Part shown: piece by piece, positions 1-9,239 of the stretch | Layout: every line of letters starts with the position of its first letter | How positions within the stretch are numbered: position 1 is the stretch's first letter | Source: Prochlorococcus sp. AG-347-K15 | Lineage (GTDB): Bacteria > Cyanobacteriota > Cyanobacteriia > PCC-6307 > Cyanobiaceae | Length of the DNA: 64,000 nt | Reading direction: 5' to 3' | Assembly: GCA_003281415.1 (NCBI GenBank) | Contig: QCCC01000003.1 | Location: forward strand, 21,182-85,181 | Position numbers and translations under genes: made by a program | Notes under the pieces: model-generated | What the model was told of the DNA's origin: nothing | The model's database searches: none | Seen by the model: only the letters and a program-made list of their open reading frames with translations

Positions 1-2
1 TC

Positions 3-212
3 TCAAGTTGTATCTTGATCTTGATTGTTATTACTTGGGTAACATCTTATGTTTATAGAGTTGTAAATGGAAAAATGACTTTTATGGAACAAAGGAAGCG
101 TTATAGAAAAGAGTATGAAAAAGTTGTTAATGATAAACTAGAAACCAAATTCAACTCATTGTCAAAGGAAGAGCAGCAAAAACTAATGGAAGATTTAGAG
201 AAAAATTCATAA
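3..212 (+). CDS. DUF3007-family cyanobacterial membrane protein, 5' end outside the window
   Basis: Frame is open from position 3. Hydrophobic segment followed by SYVYRVVNGKMTFMEQRKRY; lies directly upstream of trpA. Confidence 0.7.
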   Translation, partial: SSCILILIVITWVTSYVYRVVNGKMTFMEQRKRYRKEYEKVVNDKLETKFNSLSKEEQQKLMEDLEKNS

Positions 213-241
213 ATTTTTCATAGAAAAATATTTTAAAAATC

Positions 242-1084
242 ATGAAAGATAACAAAATGCAAATTACTAAAAATGAATCTTTATCTAAGGTAGATGAGAT
301 GTTTTGTGAGTTAAAAAATAATAAAAAATTAGCTTTGATGCCTTTTATAATGGCTGGGGATCCCAACATTGAAATAACGTCTGAGATCTTATTAAAGTTA
401 CAAGAAAATGGAGCTGACCTTATTGAATTAGGTATCCCTTACAGCGACCCTCTTGCAGATGGACCTGTTATTCAAATGGCGGCCTCTCGCGCCTTAAAGT
501 CAGGTACTAGCCTAAAAAAAGTAATTAAACTTTTAGATTCTTTAAAAGGTAAATTAAATATTCCCATCATCCTTTTTTCTTACTTAAATCCATTACTATG
601 TTTTGGCTTTGAAAAGTTTTGTGAGATGGCATCTAATGCTGGAGTTTCTGGCCTAATAGTTCCTGATCTCCCTTTAGAGGAGGCTTATAAATTTTCTAAA
701 ATAGTAAGTAACCATTATATGGATTTAATTTTATTGGTAGCTCCAACTACTCCTTTTGAAAGAATGAAACAAATATCAGATCATACAAAAGGCTTTACTT
801 ATTTAGTAAGTGTTACAGGTGTCACTGGTGAAAGAAACAAAATGGAAAATAGAGTAGAAAATCTAATTGCTAAATTAAAAGATGTAAATACCAATCCAAT
901 TGCTGTTGGTTTTGGAATATCCACTCCAGAACATGTTAATAAAGTTCGTGAGTGGGGGGCAGATGGAGTAATTATTGGGAGTGCATTTGTAAAACGAATT
1001 TCTAGTTCAAGTGAAAAAGATGTTGTCGATCATGTCGGTGAATTTTGTAAAGAAATGCGTTTAGCTGCCGATCAAAGAAAATAA
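242..1084 (+). CDS. trpA: Tryptophan synthase alpha chain
   Basis: Motifs IELGIPYSDPLADGPVIQ, LVSVTGVTG, VGFGIS, DGVIIGSA. Confidence 0.98.
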   Translation: MKDNKMQITKNESLSKVDEMFCELKNNKKLALMPFIMAGDPNIEITSEILLKLQENGADLIELGIPYSDPLADGPVIQMAASRALKSGTSLKKVIKLLDSLKGKLNIPIILFSYLNPLLCFGFEKFCEMASNAGVSGLIVPDLPLEEAYKFSKIVSNHYMDLILLVAPTTPFERMKQISDHTKGFTYLVSVTGVTGERNKMENRVENLIAKLKDVNTNPIAVGFGISTPEHVNKVREWGADGVIIGSAFVKRISSSSEKDVVDHVGEFCKEMRLAADQRK

Positions 1085-1159
1085 ATACAAAGAGAATATA
1101 TTCATAAAAATAATTAGAAATATCCAAAAATTAAGTATTTAATTTATTATCTTTAAAGA

Positions 1160-1510
1160 TTATTCGGTAGGTGTTAATTTTATTTGTTTTTTCCCAAGCT
1201 TAATTTCGAATTCATCGCCTGCTTTTAAATCTAGAAGCGCTGTATAAGCCTTCCCAATCAAAAGATTTCCGTTCCCTTGTACTGTAGCAATATAACTTAG
1301 TTTTCTTCCCCCTTTACCAATACCTGCAACTCCATTATCACCTAGATTAACCCCTTTTGCTTCCAAAAGCGCTTCATAAAATGCAGTAAAATTTAAGCGT
1401 TCCCCTCCATTTTTCTTAGTGGAAACATATCCACAAGCGCGAACAAGGTCAGATTTGCTTACTTCCCCAAGTTCTTTGACTTTTGCAAGAAGATCGCTAC
1501 CAGTAAGCAT
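1160..1510 (-). CDS. Cyanobacterial AbrB-like transcriptional regulator (cyAbrB)
   Basis: N-terminal LTGSDLL..VK..SKSDLVRACGY..FYEALLEAKG and C-terminal VQGNGNLLIGKAYT..GDEFEIKLGKKQIKL are typical of cyAbrB. Confidence 0.9.
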   Translation of the reverse strand: MLTGSDLLAKVKELGEVSKSDLVRACGYVSTKKNGGERLNFTAFYEALLEAKGVNLGDNGVAGIGKGGRKLSYIATVQGNGNLLIGKAYTALLDLKAGDEFEIKLGKKQIKLTPTE

Positions 1511-1609
1511 AATTAATCAAAAGAAAGTTCTTCTTAAATAAGATAGCAATTTGTGTGTAATATATGCAATTATTTTAGGATATATTTATTCTATTATTTA
1601 TCTTTTAAA

Positions 1610-1879
1610 ATGGAAAAGTTTGTAGTTTTTGGAAAGTATTGTGAAGATGCAATCATTAAAAGGGAACCATTTCGTGAACAACATCTTAATAGACTTAAAA
1701 AATTAAAAGATAGCAATATTTTAGTTACTTTAGGACCAACAAAATGTACTAAATATTTGTTCGGAATTTTTAATGCGAATGATGAAAATCAATTAAGAGA
1801 ATTTATTGAGGAAGATATTTATTGGAAAAAAGGTATATGGGTAAATTTTGAAATATATGAGTGGATCCAGGCTTTTTAA
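1610..1879 (+). CDS. YciI-family protein
   Basis: REQHL..L..GP..DIYW pattern. The in-frame ATG at 1610 (MEKFVVFG) is preferred over the track start at 1553. Confidence 0.8.
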   Translation: MEKFVVFGKYCEDAIIKREPFREQHLNRLKKLKDSNILVTLGPTKCTKYLFGIFNANDENQLREFIEEDIYWKKGIWVNFEIYEWIQAF

Positions 1880-2127
1880 ATATATTTTTTCAATATACTT
1901 TAGTAATATTAATTATTAATTAAGAGAAAATTTATTTAAAATAAGATTTTTTTAAAAGAAAATATTCAAAAATTTAATTAATTAATAATTTCATTTTTGA
2001 TTATATTAAGAAATTAAAATTATATTTATTTCTTAAATAGTTAGTATTTTAAGAGGCATATATTTGCATTTAATTCTCTTAATTAAGAAAGAAAATGAAT
2101 TTTATTAAAGATAATTTTTAAAAATTT

Positions 2128-2448
2128 TTATTTAATAGTATCTTGATTTATCTGGTTTACTAACGAGTCGATATCTAATTGATTATACGGTTGTGCTTGG
2201 TTTATATCATGATAATCATTTTTGATATTATTTAACCAATTTTGTTCAATCTTTATTAGATTTTTTGCAATGTTGAACATGCCGCCTTTTTTATATAATT
2301 CTTTGATCTTAAGAATAATCTCAGAGGTTCTGCTTGATTTGATATTTAATTCATATGCCAAATCTTTTTGATTAAATCCATGGGATTTCAACCAATCTTT
2401 AATGAAGGAGATTAGTTCTTTTTCTTCTTGTTGAGATAATTTACTCAT
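2128..2448 (-). CDS. Hypothetical protein with a putative Cro/XRE-like helix-turn-helix
   Basis: 106-aa ORF abutting the upstream stop (TGA-ATG). FNQKDLAYELNIKSSRTSEI resembles an HTH. Confidence 0.6.
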   Translation of the reverse strand: MSKLSQQEEKELISFIKDWLKSHGFNQKDLAYELNIKSSRTSEIILKIKELYKKGGMFNIAKNLIKIEQNWLNNIKNDYHDINQAQPYNQLDIDSLVNQINQDTIK

Positions 2449-2817
2449 TCAATAAAAAGGGAATAACTTATTAAGCTTTTTTTCTGCTCTGGCTCTTATT
2501 GAAGGAGTCATATATTTGCTCCATATACTAAGCACTGCTGTGAGGGCTACAAAATCATCACTAAAACCAACTAATGGCATAAAGTCAGGGAAAAGATCAA
2601 ATGGCATTATCAAGTATGCTAGCGCGGCCATTAAGGAAACTCTTACTTGTGCTGGAGTATATGGATCTATCGCCATCTCCACAACTTCTAGTGCTGGCTT
2701 GGCAATTGTTCTTCCTGCTTTAATAAGAATCTTGACAAAAATATTTTCATCTAATATTGAACTTTCTAAAACTTCAGCATCATAAACTCTTTCTTTATTT
2801 TTGTAATTTTCTTTCAT
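2449..2817 (-). CDS. YkvA/DUF1232-family membrane protein
   Basis: Signature ALAYLIMPFDLFPDFMPLVGFSDD. Confidence 0.9.
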   Translation of the reverse strand: MKENYKNKERVYDAEVLESSILDENIFVKILIKAGRTIAKPALEVVEMAIDPYTPAQVRVSLMAALAYLIMPFDLFPDFMPLVGFSDDFVALTAVLSIWSKYMTPSIRARAEKKLNKLFPFY

Positions 2818-2858
2818 CCCCTTAATAAATGAAATTTTAAATGTTTTGATTAGAAATT

Positions 2859-3782
2859 TTAACTAATACTATCAACTAATCCATTCTGAATCCCGGCTTT
2901 TCTTAGTTTTCTCAAGGAACGTTGAACGACTTGTCTGCAATATTCCCTACTACAACTCATATGTCTTGCTACTTCAGCTAAAGTTCTCCACTCATTTGAA
3001 CCGTCTAAACCAAATCTCAAGCTTACTATCTTTCTTTCTTTTTCAGTTAAATTTGCTTTATCTAATAGCTTCCAAGCAGAAGCTGTCCTCTCGGCTAATT
3101 CCGCTAACTCCATTGGAGGAGTTTGATCACATGGAAGAATATCAACTAACTCAGAGGGATCTGACTTTGATTTTACAGTGCCTTGAAGACTAACGGTAAT
3201 ACTTCTTAATTCACAAGAGAGGAGTTCATCAACTTCTTCCTTAGTTATTTTCATTTCTTCAGCTAGCTCACCGCTAGTGGGAGGAATTCCCTTAAGTTGC
3301 ATAAGCTTTGATTTTGCTGATCTTAGTTTTGTAAGTTTTTCATTGATGTTAACAGGTATCCTTATAGTTCTACTTTGAGTTGACAATGCTCTATTTAAAC
3401 CTTGCCTAATCCACCAATAAGCATAGGTGGAAAATCTATGTCCTCTAGAAGGATCATATTTTTCTACAGCCCTTGTAAGACCTAATGTCCCCTCCTGAAT
3501 TAAGTCCAATAATTCTAATCCTTTCCCTTGGTATCTCTTGGCAAGATTGACAACTAGTCTTAGGTTGGCTGTTATCATCTCGTTTTTAGCTTTTTCACCA
3601 ATTTTTATCTTTTTTCTCTCAGCTTCAGAATATTCACAAGCGGGGCCTCTCCCTCCTGCCTCTTGACATCTATTAACAAGTACTACCATTTCTTGGACTT
3701 TTCTGCCCATAGTGAGTTCTCTTTCAGGAGTCAAAAGTTGATGACGACCTATTTCACCAAGAAAATCGCTTAATGAACTCAC
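2859..3782 (-). CDS. Group 2 (RpoD-like) sigma-70 factor
   Basis: ANLRLVVNLAKRY, DLIQEGTLGL, FSTYAYWWIRQ, RTIRIP and a region 4 HTH; no region 1.1. GTG start with AGAGG upstream. Confidence 0.95.
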   Translation of the reverse strand: MSSLSDFLGEIGRHQLLTPERELTMGRKVQEMVVLVNRCQEAGGRGPACEYSEAERKKIKIGEKAKNEMITANLRLVVNLAKRYQGKGLELLDLIQEGTLGLTRAVEKYDPSRGHRFSTYAYWWIRQGLNRALSTQSRTIRIPVNINEKLTKLRSAKSKLMQLKGIPPTSGELAEEMKITKEEVDELLSCELRSITVSLQGTVKSKSDPSELVDILPCDQTPPMELAELAERTASAWKLLDKANLTEKERKIVSLRFGLDGSNEWRTLAEVARHMSCSREYCRQVVQRSLRKLRKAGIQNGLVDSIS

Positions 3783-3824
3783 GATTTACCTCTTTGTTAA
3801 TATATTTAACTTATAGTCAATTCA

Positions 3825-3838
3825 GTAATAAGCCATAC
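3825..3838 (-). promoter_or_regulatory. Candidate NtcA box upstream of the sigma factor
   Basis: Exact GTA-N8-TAC (gtaataagccatac) 42 nt upstream of the start. A TAN3T (TATATT) lies 20 nt downstream on the minus strand; the canonical spacing is about 22-23 nt. Confidence 0.4.
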
Positions 3839-3841
3839 ATG

Positions 3842-3872
3842 TAATAATTAATTAATAATTAATTAATAATTA
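3842..3872. repeat. 11-bp tandem repeat (TAATAATTAAT, about 2.8 copies)
   Basis: Copies at 3842-3852, 3853-3863 and a partial one at 3864-3872, followed by the palindrome TGTTAATTAACA at 3879-3890. Confidence 0.6.
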
Positions 3873-3944
3873 TTAATTTGTTAATTAACATTATTTTTTA
3901 AAATTTTTAGATTAAAGAGATTAAAAATTATAAATTTTAATTGT

Positions 3945-4604
3945 TTAATTTTTTCTTCTTGATTCTAGAACAGCAAGTACATCTCTCCACTCAACCCCTT
4001 TGTGCATAAGGGCTACTTGCAGATGATAAATTAAATCAGCAGCTTCATTTGAGATTGAATTTTTATCATTATCTTTGCAAGCCATTATAAACTCAGCAGA
4101 CTCCTCTCCTATTTTTTTCAAAATAGTATTACTACCTTTTGTTAATAAATGATTTGTGTAACTTTTTTCTGATGGATTTATTGATCTTTCGTTAATTGTA
4201 TTGAATAATTCAGAGCAAATATTTGAGAAGGGAGTTGTTTTTTTCTCTTTTTTATCACTTTGATTAATTTTGATTTCGTTGAAAAAACAACTTTTTTCCC
4301 CAGTGTGACATGCTCCTAAACCATTTTGTTCAATCAAAAGGATTAGTGCATCATTATCGCAGTCGAATCTTATCTTCTTAAGTATTTGGGTACTTCCACT
4401 TGTAGCTCCTTTTCTCCAAATTTCGGATCTTGATCTACTCCAATAATGAACGTTTTTGGTTTCAAGTGTCATTGTCAAAGATTCTTTGTTCATCCAAGCA
4501 AGCATAAGAATTGATCCGTCAAGCCAATCTTGTGCTATTGCAGGGATTAATCCATAATTATCAAAGCGTAGATCTTCTATCGAAAAATTAGTTGAATAAG
4601 TCAT
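3945..4604 (-). CDS. hisIE: Bifunctional phosphoribosyl-AMP cyclohydrolase / phosphoribosyl-ATP pyrophosphatase
   Basis: YWSRSR..W.KGATSG, DCDND, ACHTG..SCF, KKIGEE, EAADLIYH. Start moved to the ATG at 4604, which removes the overlap with the divergent gene. Confidence 0.95.
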   Translation of the reverse strand: MTYSTNFSIEDLRFDNYGLIPAIAQDWLDGSILMLAWMNKESLTMTLETKNVHYWSRSRSEIWRKGATSGSTQILKKIRFDCDNDALILLIEQNGLGACHTGEKSCFFNEIKINQSDKKEKKTTPFSNICSELFNTINERSINPSEKSYTNHLLTKGSNTILKKIGEESAEFIMACKDNDKNSISNEAADLIYHLQVALMHKGVEWRDVLAVLESRRKN

Positions 4605-4667
4605 TATGTTCGTTATGTTAAATCCTACTCTATGTGTTTTATTAAAAATTATCCTAACAGTTAATTG

Positions 4668-5138
4668 ATGTATATTCATTCTCTTAAATTTTCATGCAGC
4701 AAAAGTTACGAGGATTTTCCCTGTTCACATAGGCAATGGCGCCATGAAGGCCACTGCAGATTTGTACATGGATATTCAAGATCATTCACCTTTTGGTTCA
4801 CTGCAAAAAAATTAGACCTAAATGGTTTTGTTGTCGATTTTTCAAGTCTAAAGCCCCTTGAAAGTAGACTGAAGGAGCAATTTGATCATACTTTTTTAAT
4901 AAATAAAGACGACCCTTTGCTGCATTACTGGGAAAAATTACATGACTTAGATGCTTTAGATCTGAGAATTATGGATAATGTGGGAATGGAGTTCACCTCT
5001 GAATTAATTTGGCGATGGGCCAATGAATACTTACAGGATAAGGACAAGGGCAGAACATGTTGTTGGAAAACAGAATCAAAGGAAAATAAATCGAATAAAG
5101 CAAGTTATGAGGAAATTCCTGATTGGTTCAAATCTTAG
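4668..5138 (+). CDS. 6-pyruvoyl/6-carboxy-tetrahydropterin synthase family protein (COG0720, QueD-like)
   Basis: HRQW..HCRFVHGYS, VVDFSSLK, FDHTFLIN motifs. Confidence 0.8.
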   Translation: MYIHSLKFSCSKSYEDFPCSHRQWRHEGHCRFVHGYSRSFTFWFTAKKLDLNGFVVDFSSLKPLESRLKEQFDHTFLINKDDPLLHYWEKLHDLDALDLRIMDNVGMEFTSELIWRWANEYLQDKDKGRTCCWKTESKENKSNKASYEEIPDWFKS

Positions 5139-5187
5139 ATTAAAGTTGTTAAATTTCAAGTCATTTAGGATTCTTTAATTTAGATCT

Positions 5188-7770
5188 TTAATCAACAATT
5201 ATCTCTCCATTAACCAGATAAATATTAATTTCGTCTTTATTTAGATAATGATTATTCAATATATTATTTGAAATTTTGGTCTCAATTTGTTTTTGAATAA
5301 TTCTTTTTAAAGGCCTTGCACCATATGCATGATCGAAACTATTTTTGACAAGTTGGATAATTGCCTCATCCGTAATTCTGAATTTTAAGTTTTTTTTAGT
5401 AAGTCTTTTTTCTAAATGTTGAAGCTGGATTTTTGCAATTTTTTTTATGTCATTTAATTCTAAATTGTTAAAAATAACTATTTCATCAAGTCGATTTAAA
5501 AACTCAGGCTTGAAAAATTTTTTAATTTCATTATCTACAATTTTTTTAATTTCATTTGTATCTTCTTTTCTAACTGATAAATCGTTTATTGATTGACTTC
5601 CTAAATTACTTGTGAGAACAATGATTGAATTTTTGAAATTGATTGTACGACCTTGACCATCAGTAATGATTCCATCATCAAGAACCTGTAAGAGAATATC
5701 TAAAATATCTTTGTGGGCTTTCTCTATTTCATCTAGGAGTATTAATGAATAAGGATTTTTGCGTACAGCTTCAGTTAGTTGTCCGCCTGATTCGAAACCT
5801 AAATATCCAGGAGGCGCACCTATAATTTTGCTCACTGAATGCTTTTCCATATATTCAGACATATCCAGTCTTGTAATTGAAGAATTTGAATCGAATATTA
5901 TTTTGGCTGTTACTTTACTTAGCTCTGTTTTCCCAACACCAGTTGGACCTAAAAAGAGAAAACTGGCTAATGGCTTGCTTGGATCATTTAGACCAGTCCT
6001 TGATCTCTTAATGGAATCTGCAACTGCCCTAATTGCACTATCTTGACCAATAATTTTTTCTTTAAGGATTGACTCGAGGCTCAAGAGTTTATCTTTTTCT
6101 GACTGGTTTAAGTTCTGTACTGGAATAGAGGTCCACTTTGAGACAACTTCTGCAATATCATCAAAAGTTACCTCTTGTCTTAAAAGACTTGTATCTCCAT
6201 TTTTTTGGGAATTTACAAGAGAGTCACTCTTTTCTTTCAATTTTTTTTGCAAAGAATTTAAAGTTCCAAATTCTAATTCTGCTGCTTTGTTGAGGTCAAA
6301 ACTCCTTTTGGCTTGATCTATTTGCAATTGAACAGATTCAATTTCTTCTTTTATGGTGCTAATCTCGTCAATTTCATCTTTTTCTTTTTTCCATTGAGCG
6401 CCTAATTCTGCCTGTTTATCTTTAAGGAATATAAGTTCATTATTGATTTTTTTTAATCTTTCTATAGAAAAATCATCCGTTTCTCTTTTTAAAGATAATT
6501 TTTCCATCTCAAACTGTAGAACTTTTCGATCAATTTCATCAATTTCTTCAGGTTTGGAAGTTATGACCATATTTAATCTTGAGGCTGCTTCATCGATTAG
6601 ATCTATTGCTTTGTCAGGAAGAAATCTATCGTTAATATATCTTTCGCTAAGGGTTGCGGCAGCAACTAAAGCATTATCAGAAATTCTCACACTATGATGA
6701 ACTTCGTATCTTTCTCTCAATCCTCTTAAAATTGATACAGTATCATTTATTGAAGGAGCATCAACTTTTATCTTTTGAAATCTTCGTTCTAAAGCAGGAT
6801 CTTTTTCTATATTTTGTTTATGTTCATTAATAGTTGTAGCACCAATACATCTAAGTTCTCCTCTCGCAAGCATTGGTTTTAATAGGTTGCTTGCATCTAA
6901 AGAACCTCCACTAGCGCCTGCACCAACTACCGTATGAATTTCATCAATAAAAAGGATAATCTTACCGTCTGATTCTTTCACTTTCTTTAGAATATTTTTT
7001 ATTCTTTCCTCAAATTCTCCACGATATTTTGCTCCAGCTAAAAGTGAACCCATATCTAATGAAATTAGTTTCCTATCTTGTAGCGCAGAAGGTACATCGC
7101 CATTAATAATTCTTTGAGCTAACCCTTCTACAATGGCTGTTTTGCCAACCCCAGGTTCTCCAATAAGAACTGGATTATTTTTTGTTCTTCTACTCAATAT
7201 TTGAATTGTTCTTCTAATCTCTTCATCCCTTCCAATAACTGGGTCTAAAATACCATCTCGTGCAGATTGAGTTAGATCAATACCATATTTTTCCAAAGAC
7301 TCATTAGAACTATTAAATTCATTTTTGACTGCTGGATCTGACTTCATTTTCTTTATAGTTTCAAGAAATTCTGGAAAACCTTTTTGATTTAAAATTTGAA
7401 ATCCATAATTATCATCATAAGTGAAACCGTAAACTAAGTGTTCTGTTGATATCACTACATCATTTAAAGTATTTTTAATATCATTCGCCTTCAAAAATAT
7501 TTTGTGAAGAGTCTCACCAATATATAAATTATCTTGTTTATTTTTCATTTTTGCCTTCACATTTAAAGAAGAAATTATTTCCCTCTCAAGATCTTTTAGA
7601 TTTACATTATTTTTTTTTAAAATATTTTTTGTAATATTGTCGTCTTTTATAAGAGCTAATAATAAATTATCAGAGTCTACGTTTTGTTGATAATTTTTAT
7701 AAGCATTTTCTTTGGCAAAAATAAAACAGTCCCAAGCAGAATTTGAGAATTCGCTTGGAACTATTTTCAT
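5188..7770 (-). CDS. clpB: ATP-dependent chaperone ClpB
   Basis: Two AAA+ modules (GEPGVGKT and GPTGVGKT), [11 protein letters not shown], coiled-coil M-domain, GARPLKR. Confidence 0.96.
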   Translation of the reverse strand: MKIVPSEFSNSAWDCFIFAKENAYKNYQQNVDSDNLLLALIKDDNITKNILKKNNVNLKDLEREIISSLNVKAKMKNKQDNLYIGETLHKIFLKANDIKNTLNDVVISTEHLVYGFTYDDNYGFQILNQKGFPEFLETIKKMKSDPAVKNEFNSSNESLEKYGIDLTQSARDGILDPVIGRDEEIRRTIQILSRRTKNNPVLIGEPGVGKTAIVEGLAQRIINGDVPSALQDRKLISLDMGSLLAGAKYRGEFEERIKNILKKVKESDGKIILFIDEIHTVVGAGASGGSLDASNLLKPMLARGELRCIGATTINEHKQNIEKDPALERRFQKIKVDAPSINDTVSILRGLRERYEVHHSVRISDNALVAAATLSERYINDRFLPDKAIDLIDEAASRLNMVITSKPEEIDEIDRKVLQFEMEKLSLKRETDDFSIERLKKINNELIFLKDKQAELGAQWKKEKDEIDEISTIKEEIESVQLQIDQAKRSFDLNKAAELEFGTLNSLQKKLKEKSDSLVNSQKNGDTSLLRQEVTFDDIAEVVSKWTSIPVQNLNQSEKDKLLSLESILKEKIIGQDSAIRAVADSIKRSRTGLNDPSKPLASFLFLGPTGVGKTELSKVTAKIIFDSNSSITRLDMSEYMEKHSVSKIIGAPPGYLGFESGGQLTEAVRKNPYSLILLDEIEKAHKDILDILLQVLDDGIITDGQGRTINFKNSIIVLTSNLGSQSINDLSVRKEDTNEIKKIVDNEIKKFFKPEFLNRLDEIVIFNNLELNDIKKIAKIQLQHLEKRLTKKNLKFRITDEAIIQLVKNSFDHAYGARPLKRIIQKQIETKISNNILNNHYLNKDEINIYLVNGEIIVD

Positions 7771-7837
7771 ATATCAAAATTTGAATATGACCTTAATAAA
7801 TATTAAGTCAAAAAGGGTGTTTAACTATTTAGAAGAT

Positions 7838-8188
7838 TTATTCAACAATAACTTTACCTACCATTCCAGCACCTCTGTGTGGCTCGCAATAGTAATCATA
7901 AGTTCCAGCAGTATCAAATGTTTCTTCCCAAGACTCTCCTGGAGCAAAAGCTAAGTCCGCATGACTTAATTCCTCATGACCATCAAAAACAGCATTGTGA
8001 GGGGCTAATTTATTATTGACGAATTTAACTGTATCACCAGCACTAATGGTTACTGTACTTGGTTCAAATGCAAGCATTCCAGCATCCGTTCCGAGTTTTA
8101 CTTCAACAGTCTTAGCTGAAACTGATGAAATACCTAAACCTAGAGTTAAAACTATTGCAAATAACCCTGCAAAGATTGAACGTAACAT
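7838..8188 (-). CDS. petE: Plastocyanin precursor
   Basis: Signal peptide; Cu-ligand motifs PHNAVF and [10 protein letters not shown]. Confidence 0.98.
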   Translation of the reverse strand: MLRSIFAGLFAIVLTLGLGISSVSAKTVEVKLGTDAGMLAFEPSTVTISAGDTVKFVNNKLAPHNAVFDGHEELSHADLAFAPGESWEETFDTAGTYDYYCEPHRGAGMVGKVIVE

Positions 8189-8247
8189 AATAAAAATTTA
8201 CTCATTTATATATATTACAAGGCTTTGGTAACCTAACTGCGAGAATT

Positions 8248-9231
8248 TTAATTGTTATTACAGCATGGTAACTTTGATAACCTTAAAATATCATTCAGTG
8301 ACTTGGCATAACTTTTAAGTTTGAAAGTCTCAGGATTAGTGATGGGGACATGATTAAAGTCATATTTTTTGATACTGAAGCTATCCCAAGGAGTAGTTTG
8401 GATGGGAAGAATTCTTAATAATATTTTTAGAATTTTTTTTGTGAGCGGTATCGCAAAAAATCTCCTCATATTATGTCTTTTTAACAGTGTAATTATGGCA
8501 TCATCAATTGAAATGAATTTTTGACCTAGCACAAATTTTCTAAAACCTTTGTATTGCTCTTCTTTATGATTTTTAATTAGAAACCCGCAAATCTGGGCGA
8601 TATCATTTGCGTGTATAAAGTGAAATTTAGAATCGAGTTTTAAAAATCTTGCTAACCAAAGCCATTTCCCAATTTCTTTCAATCCACTAGTTAAATAACT
8701 CACAGGATATTTACTTTTTTTTCCAAGATTCCCTCCAAAAACCAAGGTAGGGAAAACAGCGAATGTTTTTTCTGCAAATGAGCTTTCTCTAAGTCTCTGG
8801 AAACATTCATATTTTGTTTGAATGTACTCTGTTCCATAGATCAATGATTCCCTCATTAATTCTGTTTGGGTATCAAGAATACTAGCTGTTGAAAAATAAA
8901 TAATCTTTTCTAACTTTTCAATATCAAGCATTTCTAGTAATTCTTCAAAAGCTTTAATATTTACTTCATAGGCTCTTTTTGGATCTCCCCAAGCTGTAGC
9001 AGTATGTATTAGGTAATTAATTTGACTAATTTCTTTTTTATACCTATTTGATTCCCTGATATCGCACACCATTAACTTGACTTTTTTATTTTCTTGAACA
9101 GAAATTGGTAACTTACTTTTGTCTCTTACCATGAGATAAAGTCTGAATTTTGTGTTTTTCAAAAACCAATCAACTAAATATTGGCCAACACATCCATTAG
9201 CGCCTGTTATTAATAAGTTTTTATATGCCAA
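8248..9231 (-). CDS. NAD-dependent epimerase/dehydratase (extended SDR)
   Basis: ITGANGCVG Rossmann motif and YIQTK (YxxxK); lies downstream of hemE. Confidence 0.85.
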   Translation of the reverse strand: MAYKNLLITGANGCVGQYLVDWFLKNTKFRLYLMVRDKSKLPISVQENKKVKLMVCDIRESNRYKKEISQINYLIHTATAWGDPKRAYEVNIKAFEELLEMLDIEKLEKIIYFSTASILDTQTELMRESLIYGTEYIQTKYECFQRLRESSFAEKTFAVFPTLVFGGNLGKKSKYPVSYLTSGLKEIGKWLWLARFLKLDSKFHFIHANDIAQICGFLIKNHKEEQYKGFRKFVLGQKFISIDDAIITLLKRHNMRRFFAIPLTKKILKILLRILPIQTTPWDSFSIKKYDFNHVPITNPETFKLKSYAKSLNDILRLSKLPCCNNN

Positions 9232-9239
9232 GACTTTGA

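Noticed and set aside
151-369. 72-aa minus-strand ORF
   Set aside because: Antisense shadow of the DUF3007 gene and trpA, with no recognisable motif.
1546-1571. GCAATT direct repeat at 20-bp spacing in the cyAbrB/yciI divergent promoter
   Set aside because: A six-base match is expected by chance at this composition.
2516-3193. Plus-strand ORFs 2516-2785 and 2966-3193
   Set aside because: Both lie antisense within well-supported genes.
4605-4679. N-terminal extension of HisIE overlapping the divergent gene
   Set aside because: Longest-ORF artefact. The ATG at 4604 gives a normal-length protein and leaves room for a divergent promoter.
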